From an uncultured Holophagales bacterium (lineage in GTDB: Bacteria; Acidobacteriota; Thermoanaerobaculia; Multivoradales; UBA5704): a stretch of 64,000 bases of DNA. The stretch covers positions 160,001 through 224,000 of the forward strand of contig CAWJGT010000009.1 of NCBI GenBank assembly GCA_963842525.1, given 5' to 3'. Below are positions 10,166 to 20,955 of this stretch, piece by piece. The position numbers and the translations under genes were made by a program. The notes under the pieces were generated by a model. That model was given only the letters and a program-made list of their open reading frames with translations, was not told the origin of the DNA and made no database searches. The first letter of the stretch is position 1; every line of letters starts with the position of its first letter.

Positions 10166-12603
10166 CAATTCCCCCGGGACCGCTTCGAGAGCTCCGCTAT
10201 CTGTAGGCCCGCCATGATCGCAGGGCCAATACCTTTGGGGTCGTTGTCCACCACGCGCTCGCTCATGTAGTAGCGGTAGCTGCCATCCCGCCCGTAGCCC
10301 AGGCCGCCCACCTCGACGACGTTGGTCAGGTGGAACGAGCCATCGGCATGGTCGGAGACGAACTCGTCGACCAGACCCGCATAGGCGTTCCGCGCGGCTG
10401 GCTCGAACGATCCGGGTAGATAGCCCTTGTTGATTCCCTTGGCCAGGAAGTAGGTGAACATCGCCGAAGCCGACGCCTCCCGGTAGTTCCCGGGTTCGGC
10501 GGGCATGTCCAGGATCTGGAACCAGACGCCGGTCGCGTCCTGGTGCCGGACCAGGCTCTCTGCCAGCTCCGGAATGATGGCGAGCAACGGCGCACGCAGC
10601 TCGGTCTTCTCGGGCGGGATCACGTCGAGGAGGTCGACGAGCGCCATGGCGTACCAACCGAGCCCTCGCCCCCAGAAGAAGCGCGACCGGCCGGTCTCGG
10701 GGTCCGCCCAGCTCTGTTTCTTTGCCTCGTCCCAGGCGTGGTAGTAGAGGCCCGAGCGCGCGTCGCGCAGATGGGACCGCGCGATCGTGAGCTCCCGCAC
10801 CGCCTCCTCGACCTTGTGGTCGTCGCCCTCCGCGACTCCGAAGCCGGCGAGGAACGGCATTCCCATGTAGACCCCGTCCAGCCACAGCTGATGGGGATAG
10901 CGCTGCTTGTGCCAGAACGCCCCTTCCGACGTGCGGGGATGCGTCGCGAGCTGCGCTGCCAGCGCACCGATGGCAGCCCGATACCTGGGGTCGGGATGCC
11001 GGGCCTGCAAGCGTTGCAGCATCTTGCCCGAGTTGATGTGGTCGATGTTGAACTCCCCGGCGTCGTAGCCGAGGATCGCGCCGTCCGCGGTCAGGTAGCT
11101 GTCGATCGTGCGCCGGGCGAAGGCGGCGAAGCGGGAGTCGCCGACGGCCGCCGAAAGGTCGTCCATCGCCTGCATCAGGAGCCCGGTGGTGTAGTTCCAA
11201 CTGCTGGGCCGCAACGTCAACGCGTCCCAGCCGCCGTACGAGAGGCTGTCGCCGCGGCGCGCCATCTCCGACTCGGCCAGGCGGGTGGAGACCTGGATGG
11301 GGCTCAGCTCGCGGGCGCTGCGCGACGCCTCCGTCTTGAGGCGGATCCGCGGAGACAGCGTGCGCCGCTCGACCTCGGCCTCGAGGAATGCCTTCAGCTC
11401 CTCGCGGGTCTGGACGCCGCCCTTCTGGCCGGACCACAGGGCGCCGAAGGCATAGGAGACCTCCTTGCCTCGCGGCCGCAGCACCAGGACCTGGCTGGCC
11501 TCGTCTTTGGTCTGCTCGACGAGGTCCATCTTGCGGAAGAGGAGCACCATCCCGAGATGGCCGCCTTCGACCCCCTCGAACAATGTCTGGCGCCCGAAGG
11601 TCGCCATGTAGCTCCAGGCCTCCCCGGTGACGTCGAGGTCGCCCGTCATCACCTCAGCCTCCGGGTGCGTGACCAGGCCGACGGCGAGGTTGTCGAGCCT
11701 GCCGGAGGTCACCGAGGTCTCCAGGGCCACGTCCACCATGGGGCTCCCGGCCTGCATCGACAGGGTGGCGAGGAGGTCGACGGTCGTCGCGCCAGTCTTC
11801 CAGCCCTTGTAGCCGATCTCGAAAGAGGAGTGGATCGGGCCGTCGGACCTGATCGTGGTGGAGCGCTCCGCGACGTCGGAGACCAGCACGGCCTTGGCGC
11901 CGTCCCAGTAGCCGTAGCCGCCCATTCCCAGGCTCTGGCCCACCTTCAGGATGTCCGCGCCCCAGTCGGCCATCTGGTGGTAGCTTTCGTAGCCGTCGAG
12001 CCCCACGCCCGGCAGCACCATCGCGGACGTCTTCTTGCCGAAGATGTCGAATCCGTTGCGCCAGTCGAGGTAGACCCGGTAGCCGACGAGGTCGCTCTCG
12101 ATCCCCGGCCCCTCGTAGCGGAGGTATTCGTTGTGATCGCTGGCCTGGGGCGGCATGGTGACCTGGCGGACGTTCCGGAACGTGCCGCCCTTGTAGACCT
12201 TCTCCTGCCAGGCGCCGCCCTCCTTGATCGACACCTCGGCGTAGGCCCGCGCCGGAGCGGCGCTCCCGGCCGGGCGCCGGTCGACGGCGTAGCTGTGGGT
12301 CGCTGCGGCGCCGAGATCGGCCAGGAAGGCGAGCCCGTCGGGGCTGCCGTCGCCGTCGTCGTCTAGGAGCTGCGTGGGCCTCGCGGCGTTCCCCTCCCAC
12401 ACCTGAAGCGGTCCGCCGGTGACGCCGAGCTGGTCGAACGAGAGGCGGACGAGCGTGTCGGGTCGGGCGAATGCGGAGGGATTGGAGACCTCGATCCGGG
12501 CGACGGCTGGCGATGCGGGAACCGTCGCCGCTTCGGGAGCCGATGCGAGGAGAAGCAGAGGCAGGGAAAGAACGATGGGCGCTCTCATGAAATGGACCCT
12601 CAT
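10165..12603 (-). CDS. Secreted DUF4861 + GH105 unsaturated rhamnogalacturonyl hydrolase
   Basis: YEGPGIESD..DIFGK N-terminal part; FWHKQRYPHQLWLDGVYM and FWGRGLGW GH105 motifs. Confidence 0.85.
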   Translation of the reverse strand: MRVHFMRAPIVLSLPLLLLASAPEAATVPASPAVARIEVSNPSAFARPDTLVRLSFDQLGVTGGPLQVWEGNAARPTQLLDDDGDGSPDGLAFLADLGAAATHSYAVDRRPAGSAAPARAYAEVSIKEGGAWQEKVYKGGTFRNVRQVTMPPQASDHNEYLRYEGPGIESDLVGYRVYLDWRNGFDIFGKKTSAMVLPGVGLDGYESYHQMADWGADILKVGQSLGMGGYGYWDGAKAVLVSDVAERSTTIRSDGPIHSSFEIGYKGWKTGATTVDLLATLSMQAGSPMVDVALETSVTSGRLDNLAVGLVTHPEAEVMTGDLDVTGEAWSYMATFGRQTLFEGVEGGHLGMVLLFRKMDLVEQTKDEASQVLVLRPRGKEVSYAFGALWSGQKGGVQTREELKAFLEAEVERRTLSPRIRLKTEASRSARELSPIQVSTRLAESEMARRGDSLSYGGWDALTLRPSSWNYTTGLLMQAMDDLSAAVGDSRFAAFARRTIDSYLTADGAILGYDAGEFNIDHINSGKMLQRLQARHPDPRYRAAIGALAAQLATHPRTSEGAFWHKQRYPHQLWLDGVYMGMPFLAGFGVAEGDDHKVEEAVRELTIARSHLRDARSGLYYHAWDEAKKQSWADPETGRSRFFWGRGLGWYAMALVDLLDVIPPEKTELRAPLLAIIPELAESLVRHQDATGVWFQILDMPAEPGNYREASASAMFTYFLAKGINKGYLPGSFEPAARNAYAGLVDEFVSDHADGSFHLTNVVEVGGLGYGRDGSYRYYMSERVVDNDPKGIGPAIMAGLQIAELSKRSRGN

Positions 12604-13364
12604 CACCGCGCCAGCCAACCGCCGTCGACGGCGATGGTGTAGCCGTGCATGTACTGCGATGCGGCCGAAGCGAGAAAGACGGCCGCGCCTTGAAGGTCGT
12701 CCGGGGATCCCCATCGTCCGGCGGGGATCCTCTCCAGGATCGCCTTGCTGCGTACCGGATCCTCGCGGAGGGGTTTGGTGTTGTCGGTCTCCATGTACCC
12801 CGGGGCGATCGCGTTGACGTTGATGCCGTGCGGTGCGAGCTCGTTGGCGAGAAGGCGGGTGAGCCCCAGGACCGCGCTCTTCGAGGCCGTGTACGAGGGC
12901 ACCAGGATGCCGCCCTGGAAGCTGAGCAATGAGGCAACATTGACGATCTTGCCGCCGCGTCCCTGCCCGATCATCACCTTGGCGACGGCCTGGCTGAGGA
13001 GGAAGACGCTCCGGATGTTGACGTCCATCACGTCGTCCCAGTCCTTCTCGGTGAACTCGACGAGCGGCGCCCGGCGGATGATGCCGGCGTTGTTGACCAG
13101 GATGTCGATTCCGCCGAGCCTCTCGACCGTCTCGGCGACGATCCTGGCGACGGAGCCGCTGTCGGCGAGATCTGCTTGCACTGTCACGCAGCGGCGGCCG
13201 AGCGCCTCGATCCGCTCCTGTGTCTCCGATCCGTCGGAGCGGTGAACGAGAGCTACGTCGGCGCCGGCCTCGGCGAGCCCCACCGCAATGCTCTGGCCGA
13301 GGCCGCGAGAGGTGCCCGTGACGATCGCGGTCCTGCCGTCGAGCTTGAACTGGTCCAGGATCAC
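12603..13364 (-). CDS. kduD: 2-dehydro-3-deoxy-D-gluconate 5-dehydrogenase
   Basis: SLLSFQGGILVPSYTASKS, AVDGGWLAR. Confidence 0.95.
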   Translation of the reverse strand: MILDQFKLDGRTAIVTGTSRGLGQSIAVGLAEAGADVALVHRSDGSETQERIEALGRRCVTVQADLADSGSVARIVAETVERLGGIDILVNNAGIIRRAPLVEFTEKDWDDVMDVNIRSVFLLSQAVAKVMIGQGRGGKIVNVASLLSFQGGILVPSYTASKSAVLGLTRLLANELAPHGINVNAIAPGYMETDNTKPLREDPVRSKAILERIPAGRWGSPDDLQGAAVFLASAASQYMHGYTIAVDGGWLAR

Positions 13365-13371
13365 GGCTTCC

Positions 13372-14211
13372 TCACCTTAGCTGGTCGATGGTCAGATGGT
13401 CCATGTCGTCGAAGGCCTGGTTCTCGCCGCCCATGCCCCAGCAGAAGCTGTAGGCCGCCGTGCCCGTACCGCAGTGGATCGACCAGCTCGGGGAGATCAC
13501 CGCCTGGCCGTCGGCGACCACCAGGTGCCGGGTCGCCTCCGGGCGGCCCATGAAGTGGAACACGCGAGCGTCTGCGGGCACGTCGAAGTAGAGGTAGACC
13601 TCCATGCGGCGCTCGTGGGTGTGGGGCGGCATGGTGTTCCACACGCAGCCCGACTCCAGCACAGTGAATCCCATGACGAGCTGGCAGCTCCGCGCGCCGC
13701 CCGGATGGATGAGCTTGTAGAGGGTTCGCTGATTGGCGCTCTCCCTGCTGCCCAGTCGCACGGCTTCGGCCTCGGACTGCCGGATGCGGACCGTGGGATG
13801 GGCGGCGTGGGCGGGAAAGCTGAGCAGGTAGTATCTCGCCGGCGTGGCCGGCGTCCGGGCCGAGTCGCTGGCGAAGGTGATGGCCTTGCTGCCCCGGCCG
13901 ACGTAGAGGCCGTCACGCCCGGCCAGGGGGTGCTCCACGCCGTCGACGGTGACGGTTCCGGGGCCGCCGATGTTGAGAACCCCGAGCTCCCGGCGCTCGC
14001 AGAACGTCTCGGCGCGCAGCTCCGGTGCCGACGCCAGGGAGAGGGGCTTCGTCGCCGGGACGGCGGAGCCCACGATGGCGCGATCCAGGTCGCTGTAGAC
14101 CATGGAGATGCGGTCCGCGGGGAAGAGCGTGTCGATCAGGAAGGTCTGCCGGACCTCCTCGGTGCTCATGCGCTCGAAGCGCACGGGGTCGGCCGTGTAG
14201 CGGACCTTCAT
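13372..14211 (-). CDS. kduI: 5-dehydro-4-deoxy-D-glucuronate isomerase
   Basis: ERRELG, WNTMPPHTHERRMEVYLYF, SPSWSIH, MGGENQAFDDMD. Confidence 0.95.
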   Translation of the reverse strand: MKVRYTADPVRFERMSTEEVRQTFLIDTLFPADRISMVYSDLDRAIVGSAVPATKPLSLASAPELRAETFCERRELGVLNIGGPGTVTVDGVEHPLAGRDGLYVGRGSKAITFASDSARTPATPARYYLLSFPAHAAHPTVRIRQSEAEAVRLGSRESANQRTLYKLIHPGGARSCQLVMGFTVLESGCVWNTMPPHTHERRMEVYLYFDVPADARVFHFMGRPEATRHLVVADGQAVISPSWSIHCGTGTAAYSFCWGMGGENQAFDDMDHLTIDQLR

Positions 14212-15623
14212 GGAGGTGTCCCCACGCTCACGGGACGGCCCGCCACCGTCACGCCGTCGAACCGGAGGTCCTGGACGTTTTCGAGGATCAAGGTCTCCTT
14301 CGCAGAAGCGACGGCGACGTTGCGCAGGACTACGCCCCGAAGAGGTGCCTGGGGGGGCGCGTGGGCTTCGAACAGCGTGCCCACGTTCTCCACCTGGAAG
14401 TCCTCGAAGACGATATCGCGGTAGGTCGAAGGGAAGTTGCCGCCCAGCTCGCCGGGGTAGTTGAGCTGGAACCAGAACAGACGCTCGAAGGAACCGACCT
14501 TGAAGCGCCGGACCCCCACGTGCTCGACGGTGCCGCCGCGGTCCAGATTCGCCTTGAAGCGGATGGCCGACGACCCCGAGCGCAGCACGTTGTCGGTGAA
14601 GAACACGTAGCGGATGTCCCCGGACATCTCGCTGCCCAACGCGATGCCATCCTCACCCCCCATGTCATTGCGGCGCACCACCACGTACTCGCTGGGCTTG
14701 CCGACGGTGCGGCCGTCGAGATCGCGGCCGGACTTGATCACCACCGCGTCGTCCCCGGTGCGGAAGATCGAGTCCTCGACCAGCACGCAGCGGCTCGAAT
14801 CCACGTCGACCCCGTCGTTGTTCGGGAAGTGGCTCTCCACCGTGATCCCGCGCACCGTGACGTGCTCGCTGTAGACGAGGTGGTTGACCCAGAAGGGCGA
14901 GTTCACGGCGGTGAAGCCCTCCAGGAGGACGCGGCGAGCGCGCAGGAGCTGCACGAGCGGCGGTCGCAGGTGCGTGCCGGCCCCGAACACGCGCTCCTCG
15001 AGCGGCACGCCGGTGAAGCCCATGCGGCGGAGGCGCTGCATGTCGGGCTCCGCCAGGGGGTGCCAAGCGTGAAACCCGCTGCGGGCGTTGCCGTCGATGG
15101 TCCCGGGGCCCGTGATGGCCACGTCCTCCACGTCCCGGGCATAGACGAGCGGCGAGTAGCCGAGCACCCGCGTACCCTCCCAGCGGGTCTCGACCACCGG
15201 CAGGTAGTGCTCCGGTTCGGGTGCGAACAGCAGGTGCGCTCCCGGCTCGAGGTGGAGCTCGATGCGACTCTGCAACTGGATCGGGCCGCGGCTCCGCCAG
15301 ACGCCCGGGGACAGCACCACGCGCCCGCCGCCTTCGGCCGTCGCCTTGGCGATCGCCGCGAGGATGGCAGGGCGTGCATCGGCGGCAGTCTTATTGTCGA
15401 AACAATCGCCGGCGGCACCGAAGTCGGCCGCCCGGTAGATCCGTGCCGGGATGCGTGGCGCCTCGATGCGGGAGACGATGGTCTCGACCATCGTCCAGTC
15501 CACCCGTCCGGGCGCCGGATCATCCTGGGCTGAGAGGGGGGCTGAGAGGGGCCAGAACCCCGCCAGCAGCAGGAGCAAAGTCCCGCTGGCGCCCACCCGG
15601 CAGATGGTGTGGCCTCTTGGCAT
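14208..15623 (-). CDS. GH28 polygalacturonase, secreted
   Basis: NNDG, GDD..VIKSG, GSEMSG, RFK motifs; signal peptide. Confidence 0.9.
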   Translation of the reverse strand: MPRGHTICRVGASGTLLLLLAGFWPLSAPLSAQDDPAPGRVDWTMVETIVSRIEAPRIPARIYRAADFGAAGDCFDNKTAADARPAILAAIAKATAEGGGRVVLSPGVWRSRGPIQLQSRIELHLEPGAHLLFAPEPEHYLPVVETRWEGTRVLGYSPLVYARDVEDVAITGPGTIDGNARSGFHAWHPLAEPDMQRLRRMGFTGVPLEERVFGAGTHLRPPLVQLLRARRVLLEGFTAVNSPFWVNHLVYSEHVTVRGITVESHFPNNDGVDVDSSRCVLVEDSIFRTGDDAVVIKSGRDLDGRTVGKPSEYVVVRRNDMGGEDGIALGSEMSGDIRYVFFTDNVLRSGSSAIRFKANLDRGGTVEHVGVRRFKVGSFERLFWFQLNYPGELGGNFPSTYRDIVFEDFQVENVGTLFEAHAPPQAPLRGVVLRNVAVASAKETLILENVQDLRFDGVTVAGRPVSVGTPP

Positions 15624-15654
15624 GAGGGTATTGTAGCCCAACTCCGGCGAGTTT

Positions 15655-15868
15655 TGCCACCGGTGGCAGCGAAAGTCCATCATCGAAGGCTCCTCCGCCC
15701 GGCCGCTCGCGAGGCACGGCGGACTGTGGGGGATGCAGGTAAGTTATTGTTGTTGTGGTACTTATTGGTCTGGCATGCGCGGGTGGGGCGGCACAGTGTT
15801 GCCAGCGACGGCATATCCCTCTTGCTTCGCCGATCCAACCTGGTCCATACTGAGTGCCAGCGCAGGCA
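15655..15868. promoter_or_regulatory. Three LacI-type operators, consensus TGCCAsCGnnGGCA
   Basis: TGCCACCGGTGGCA 15655-15668 (perfect palindrome), TGCCAGCGACGGCA 15800-15813, TGCCAGCGCAGGCA 15855-15868, in the divergent intergenic region. Confidence 0.7.
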
Positions 15869-15967
15869 ATTCTCCGAGATCAGGCTCCCTGAGGTTTGGA
15901 AGAACCGGCGGATTCAGCCGCTACCACCTAGTCACTGGGAAGGCATTTCAGCGAAAGGAGGAAAAGT

Positions 15968-18784
15968 ATGCTCAGTCCGTCGACCGATCGCTCACGCTGG
16001 TCAAGAGGCGCGCTCCTGGTCGCCCTCCTCATGGTCCTCGGCGGGTTTCAGCCCGCTCTGGCGCAGGACGCCGGCCAGGAGAATGCGCCGCAGGAGCCGC
16101 AGGAGAAGAAAGAGCCCGGGGCAGCCGAAGGCGAAGAGGCAGCCGAAGGCGAAGAGAGCGCCGCGGAAGAACCGGCCGTGTTCGGGGAGACCATCGATGT
16201 CGTCACGGGCTATCGCCACGCCCTGGAGGAGTCGGTGGTTCTGAAGCGAGACGCGGTCAACGTCCGCGACAGCATCGTGACCGAGGACATCGGCAAGATG
16301 CCGGACCTCAACCTGGCGGAAGCGATCCAGCGTGTGCCAGGGGTGGCGATCGTCCGTGAGGGTGGCGAAGGACGCAATATCGACATTCGGGGCCTGGGCG
16401 CGGCCTTCACCCAGGTCACGCTCAACGGCATGGAGGTGCCGGCCTCGACCGGTGGCCTCGACAGCTCCGGCGGGATCAACCGCGGGCGTGCCTTCGACTT
16501 CAACGTCTTCCCCGCCGAGATCTTCTCGCGCATCGACATCAACAAGTCGTTGGTGGCTTCGGTCGAAGAGGGCGGGGTGGGAGGCGCGGTCCAGATGTAC
16601 ACCGCGGGCGGGCTGGACAATCCCACTTCGCGGGCGTCGGTTCTGTTCCAGACTGGCTACAACGACCTGTCGGGGGAATCGGATCCGCGGTTCACGGCAA
16701 CCTACACCGCGGCGAACAAGGCGAAGACCCTGGGCCTCATGATCTCCGCGGCGGGGATGGAGCGCCACTCCTGGCAGGATGGTTTTGGCACCGTCCGCTG
16801 GCAGAGGCCGGACGCGAGCTTCAGGGGGAACGAGACGACGCTGAGCAACCAGCAGCTCCAATCGGCGTGGTACCCGCGCCTGCCCCGCCAGGACAGCTTC
16901 CGGCACGACCAGGAGCGCCAGGGCCTGGCGAGCTCGCTGCAGTTCCGCCCGAACGACAAGCTGGACCTCGGCTTGAATCTGGTGCACTCGAAGTTCGAGG
17001 CAACGACGACCAGCTACAACTCCTTTGGTCAGTTCCGTCGTCTCGGCATCTGGGGCTTCAACAGCATCACCCCGACCAACGTCACCCTGGAACCGAGCGG
17101 GAACGGACAGGTTGCCGTTGCCGGTACCTTCAGGGGCGTGTCGCTGCGGACGGAGAGCCGCGAGACCGAAGACCAGACCACCTTCGATCAGTTGACGGCA
17201 AACTTCGAGTACGACATCAACGACAGCCTGACCCTCACCGGCATGGTGGGCCGTGCCACGTCCGAGTACGAGGACCTCCTCTTCCGTGTCAACATCGAGA
17301 CCACGGATCCCAACATCGGTTTCTCGTACGACTTCACGGGGAATCCCGACGTGGCTGCGATCAACTACAACATCGACGTCACCAACCCGGCCAACTTCAT
17401 AGTTCAGAGCGACGGGCTGCTGCAAAAGAACCTCGTCGACCGCACGAACGACACCGCGCGGGTCGATCTCGACTGGTTTTTCCGCACCGGGCATAGTTTC
17501 CGCTTCGGCGCGATCTACAACGACCGCGAGGTGGACAGCCAGATCTTCCAGCAGACCGCGACTCCTCCGAATGTGTCCCTCTCCTCCATCAGCAAGGTCT
17601 TCCAGTTCGAAGACGTCGGTGGTTACGGCAGCGGAACCGAGCTGCGCTTCCTGGTACTGGACTTCGCTCGTGCCAAGGACGCCTTCAACTTCGGATCGAG
17701 CTTCCAGCCTTTCCGCGGCCCGGGTCGGGCCACGTGGGTCGTCACGGAGGAAACGGCGGGCGCCTACGGGGAATACAACTGGGTGACCGAGCTGAACGAG
17801 CACGCCTTCCGCTTCAACCTGGGCGCTCGCTACGTGGACACCAAGACCACCGGCCTGGGTTGGCTGTCGAGCACGCTCAGCAATACCGAGACGAACGACT
17901 ACGGCGACCTCCTGCCGTCGCTGAGCGTCGCTTTCGACGCCACGCCGGAGCTCGTGCTGCGCGCCGGTGTGAGCCGCACGATGACCCGGCCCTCCCTCGC
18001 GGTCCTGGCGCCCGTCAAGACCTATGGGAACACGAACCTGACGGTGACCGGCGGAAACTCCCAGTTGGAGCCCCTGCTGTCGGACAACTTCGACCTCGGT
18101 GCGGAGTGGTACTTCACCGAAAAGGCCGTGCTGGGAGTGGCTCTCTTCTACAAGGACATCGACAGCTTCATCTCCGCTCCGACGACCCAGGAGCCCCTCC
18201 GTCCGGAGGACCGGGCCGCCGTGGCCGCCGTGTTCCCGACGCAGCCGCAACTGCTCGATCCGAGCCTGATCTGGACCTACAGCACCTTCGCCAACTCCGA
18301 GGGTACGAAGCTGGAGGGTTTCGAGATCGCGTATCAGCAGAGCTTCTCGGCACTGCCCGGCTTCTGGGGCAATTTCGGCGTCAACGGCAACTACTCCTAC
18401 GTGGACGCCGAGACCACGGTGGTCCGCAGTGGCCGGGAGGTTACTGTGCCGCTGGCAGGGATGTCCAACCACTCCTGGAACGCCACCCTCTTCTACGAGA
18501 CGCCGCGGTGGGGCTCGCGCGTGTCGGTGAACAACCGGGACGACTACGTCACCAACAACCTCGGCGCCAACGGCAACATCTCCGAGGCCACGACCGGCCC
18601 GATCCGTTGGGACATGAGCGCCTTCGTGCACGTCTTCAAGCACTTCTCGCTGACCCTGGAAGGTATCAATCTCACCGACGAGGAAGAGCGGCTGTACACG
18701 ACCGGCGACGGGACGATGGACCTGGTCCGCGAGATCAACTTCTCGGGCCGCCAGTACTTCCTGGGGGTGCGCTGGAACCTCTAA
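15968..18784 (+). CDS. TonB-dependent receptor
   Basis: ETIDVVTG, DIGKMPDLNLAEAIQRVPGV plug, C-terminal GRQYFLGVRWNL. Confidence 0.95.
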   Translation: MLSPSTDRSRWSRGALLVALLMVLGGFQPALAQDAGQENAPQEPQEKKEPGAAEGEEAAEGEESAAEEPAVFGETIDVVTGYRHALEESVVLKRDAVNVRDSIVTEDIGKMPDLNLAEAIQRVPGVAIVREGGEGRNIDIRGLGAAFTQVTLNGMEVPASTGGLDSSGGINRGRAFDFNVFPAEIFSRIDINKSLVASVEEGGVGGAVQMYTAGGLDNPTSRASVLFQTGYNDLSGESDPRFTATYTAANKAKTLGLMISAAGMERHSWQDGFGTVRWQRPDASFRGNETTLSNQQLQSAWYPRLPRQDSFRHDQERQGLASSLQFRPNDKLDLGLNLVHSKFEATTTSYNSFGQFRRLGIWGFNSITPTNVTLEPSGNGQVAVAGTFRGVSLRTESRETEDQTTFDQLTANFEYDINDSLTLTGMVGRATSEYEDLLFRVNIETTDPNIGFSYDFTGNPDVAAINYNIDVTNPANFIVQSDGLLQKNLVDRTNDTARVDLDWFFRTGHSFRFGAIYNDREVDSQIFQQTATPPNVSLSSISKVFQFEDVGGYGSGTELRFLVLDFARAKDAFNFGSSFQPFRGPGRATWVVTEETAGAYGEYNWVTELNEHAFRFNLGARYVDTKTTGLGWLSSTLSNTETNDYGDLLPSLSVAFDATPELVLRAGVSRTMTRPSLAVLAPVKTYGNTNLTVTGGNSQLEPLLSDNFDLGAEWYFTEKAVLGVALFYKDIDSFISAPTTQEPLRPEDRAAVAAVFPTQPQLLDPSLIWTYSTFANSEGTKLEGFEIAYQQSFSALPGFWGNFGVNGNYSYVDAETTVVRSGREVTVPLAGMSNHSWNATLFYETPRWGSRVSVNNRDDYVTNNLGANGNISEATTGPIRWDMSAFVHVFKHFSLTLEGINLTDEEERLYTTGDGTMDLVREINFSGRQYFLGVRWNL

Positions 18785-18785
18785 G

Positions 18786-19865
18786 ATGGACGCAATGAGC
18801 GGCGAGAACAAGCAGCCATCGACGATCAGCGACATCGCCCAACTGTCGGGCGTCTCGAACCGCACCGTCTCCCGGGTGATCAACCGGTCGTCGAAGGTGG
18901 GCGAGGCGACCCGCGAGAAGGTCCAGCGGGTCATCGATGAGATGAGCTACCGGCCGAATGCGCAGGCTCGCGGCCTCGCCGGCGGGCGCTCCTATCTGCT
19001 CGGTCTGATCTACGACAATCCGGACGCTTTCTTCATCGACGAGGCACAGCGCGGTGTGTTGAACGTGTGCCGCGAGCTCGGGTACGAGCTCGTCATCCAT
19101 CCCTGCGGCGAGACCGACACGCTGTCCAGCGAGGTGGTCGGCTCCGTCAAGCGATCGAAGCTGGACGGCGTGATCGTGCTGCCTCCGCTCTCCGAGGACC
19201 ACAACCTGTTCGGCGCGCTCGCCCAGGAGAAGGTCCCCTATGTGCGGTTGGCTTCCGTCGCGCTCGACACCTCGGATCGTATCGTGGTCTCCAACGAGCG
19301 GTCCGCGGTGGCCGAGATGGCCGAATACCTGGTCGAGCTCGGGCACCGGAGGATCGGTTACATCACCGGGCCGGCAGGCAGAAGATCGACGCGCGAGCGG
19401 CTCGAGGGCTTCACCGACGCGCTGGAGAGGCTCGGCTGCGCGCTTCGCGAGGAGATGATCGCCCAGGGGGCGTACTCGTTCGAATCGGGGATCGAGGGCG
19501 CCCGGGCGCTGCTGGCGAATCCCGAGCCGCCGACGGCCATCTTCGCCAGCAACGACGACATGGCGGCGGGAGTGATCCAGACCGCGACGGAGATGGGCCT
19601 CTCCGTGCCACGGGACTTGTCGGTGGCGGGATTCGACGACAGTGCGCTGGCAACGAGGATCAGGCCGGCGCTCACCACGATCCGGCGGCCGGTGCGAGCG
19701 ATGGCGCGACTGGCGGCCAACAAGCTCATCGCATCCATCGAAGGTCGACCCAACGACGCCCGGATGGGTGTCTTCCTGGATCCGGACCTGATCATCCGCG
19801 CTTCGACCCGATCGATTGGCCCGGCGGCTCGAGTGATGGAGGGAGGCGAGCTTGTCCAGCCTTGA
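18786..19865 (+). CDS. LacI family transcriptional regulator
   Basis: TISDIAQLSGVSNRTVSRVIN HTH; PTAIFASNDDMA, LTTIR. Confidence 0.95.
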   Translation: MDAMSGENKQPSTISDIAQLSGVSNRTVSRVINRSSKVGEATREKVQRVIDEMSYRPNAQARGLAGGRSYLLGLIYDNPDAFFIDEAQRGVLNVCRELGYELVIHPCGETDTLSSEVVGSVKRSKLDGVIVLPPLSEDHNLFGALAQEKVPYVRLASVALDTSDRIVVSNERSAVAEMAEYLVELGHRRIGYITGPAGRRSTRERLEGFTDALERLGCALREEMIAQGAYSFESGIEGARALLANPEPPTAIFASNDDMAAGVIQTATEMGLSVPRDLSVAGFDDSALATRIRPALTTIRRPVRAMARLAANKLIASIEGRPNDARMGVFLDPDLIIRASTRSIGPAARVMEGGELVQP

Positions 19866-20955
19866 TCTCAGGCCGAAAGAGGCCTGTACGTTCGAACATC
19901 CTGTCCCTGGGAGAGGTCATGTTGCGCCTCGATCCGGGCGAGGGCAGGATTCGCACCACCCGTACGTTCCGGGTGTGGGAAGGCGGCGGCGAGTACAACG
20001 TGGCCCGTGGTCTGCGGCGTTGCTTCGGTCAGCGTGCGGCGGTGGTCACAGCCGTCGTGCGCAACGAGGTGGGCCTCCTGCTCGAGGACCTGATGCTTCA
20101 GGGAGGGGTGGATACGTCCCTGATCCGGTGGGTGCCGTCCGACGGCATTGGGCGCTCCGTGCGCAACGGGTTGAACTTTACCGAGCGGGGCTTCGGGATT
20201 CGCGGCGCCGTCGGCTGCTCCGACCGGGGTCACAGTGCCGCCTCCCAGTTGCGCGTGGGCGACGTCGACTGGGAGCACGTCTTCGGAAAGCTCGGTGTCC
20301 GCTGGTTCCACACCGGAGGCATCTTCGCGGCGCTCTCGGGGACCACCGGCGACGTGGTCACCGAGGCGGCGCGGATCGCCAAGAAGCACGGCACCGTGGT
20401 CTCCTACGACCTCAACTATCGAGCATCCCTCTGGGGTGCCTACGGCGGCCTCGATCGATGCCGCGAGGTGAATCGCGCCATCGCTCCGTCGCTCGACGTG
20501 ATCCTCGGCAACGAGGAGGACTTCACGGCGTGCCTGGGGCTCGAGGTGGAGGGAGTGGACGCGAGCCTGCTCGACCTGGAGGTGAGCGGATTCGAGAGCA
20601 TGATCAAGACCGCGGTGGCAACCTACCCGAACCTCAAGGCCGTGGCGGCGACGCTCTGCGCGGCGTCAAGAGCGCCACGATCAACGACTGGGGCGCCATC
20701 TGCTGGTGTGACGGCGAGCTCCACACCGCCACCCGGCGGCCGGATCTGGAGATCCTCGACCGCGTGGGCGGCGGTGACAGCTTCGCCTCCGGCTTCATCT
20801 ACGGCCTCATGGAGCTCGGCGACCCGGCTCTCGCGGTGGAATACGGTGCCGCCCACGGCGCCCTGGCGATGACCACGCCGGGAGATACCACCATGGCAAC
20901 GCTGAGCGAGGTGCAGAAGCTCGTCCGGGGTGGTGGTGCCAGGGTGGACCGGTGA
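19852..20955 (+). CDS. kdgK: 2-keto-3-deoxygluconate kinase (PfkB), frameshifts near 19893 and 20655
   Basis: SLGEVMLRLDPG, GGGEYNVA, SYDLNYR, DRVGGGDSF. Confidence 0.85.
   Translation: MSSLDLRPKEACTFEHPVPGRGHVAPRSGRGQDSHHPYVPGVGRRRRVQRGPWSAALLRSACGGGHSRRAQRGGPPARGPDASGRGGYVPDPVGAVRRHWALRAQRVELYRAGLRDSRRRRLLRPGSQCRLPVARGRRRLGARLRKARCPLVPHRRHLRGALGDHRRRGHRGGADRQEARHRGLLRPQLSSIPLGCLRRPRSMPRGESRHRSVARRDPRQRGGLHGVPGARGGGSGREPARPGGERIREHDQDRGGNLPEPQGRGGDALRGVKSATINDWGAICWCDGELHTATRRPDLEILDRVGGGDSFASGFIYGLMELGDPALAVEYGAAHGALAMTTPGDTTMATLSEVQKLVRGGGARVDR

Noticed and set aside
16001-18934. Long antisense ORFs (also 7778-9376, 10543-12366, 21321-23246, 54109-55722, 56656-58941)
   Set aside because: Shadow ORFs opposite high-GC genes with clear family motifs.
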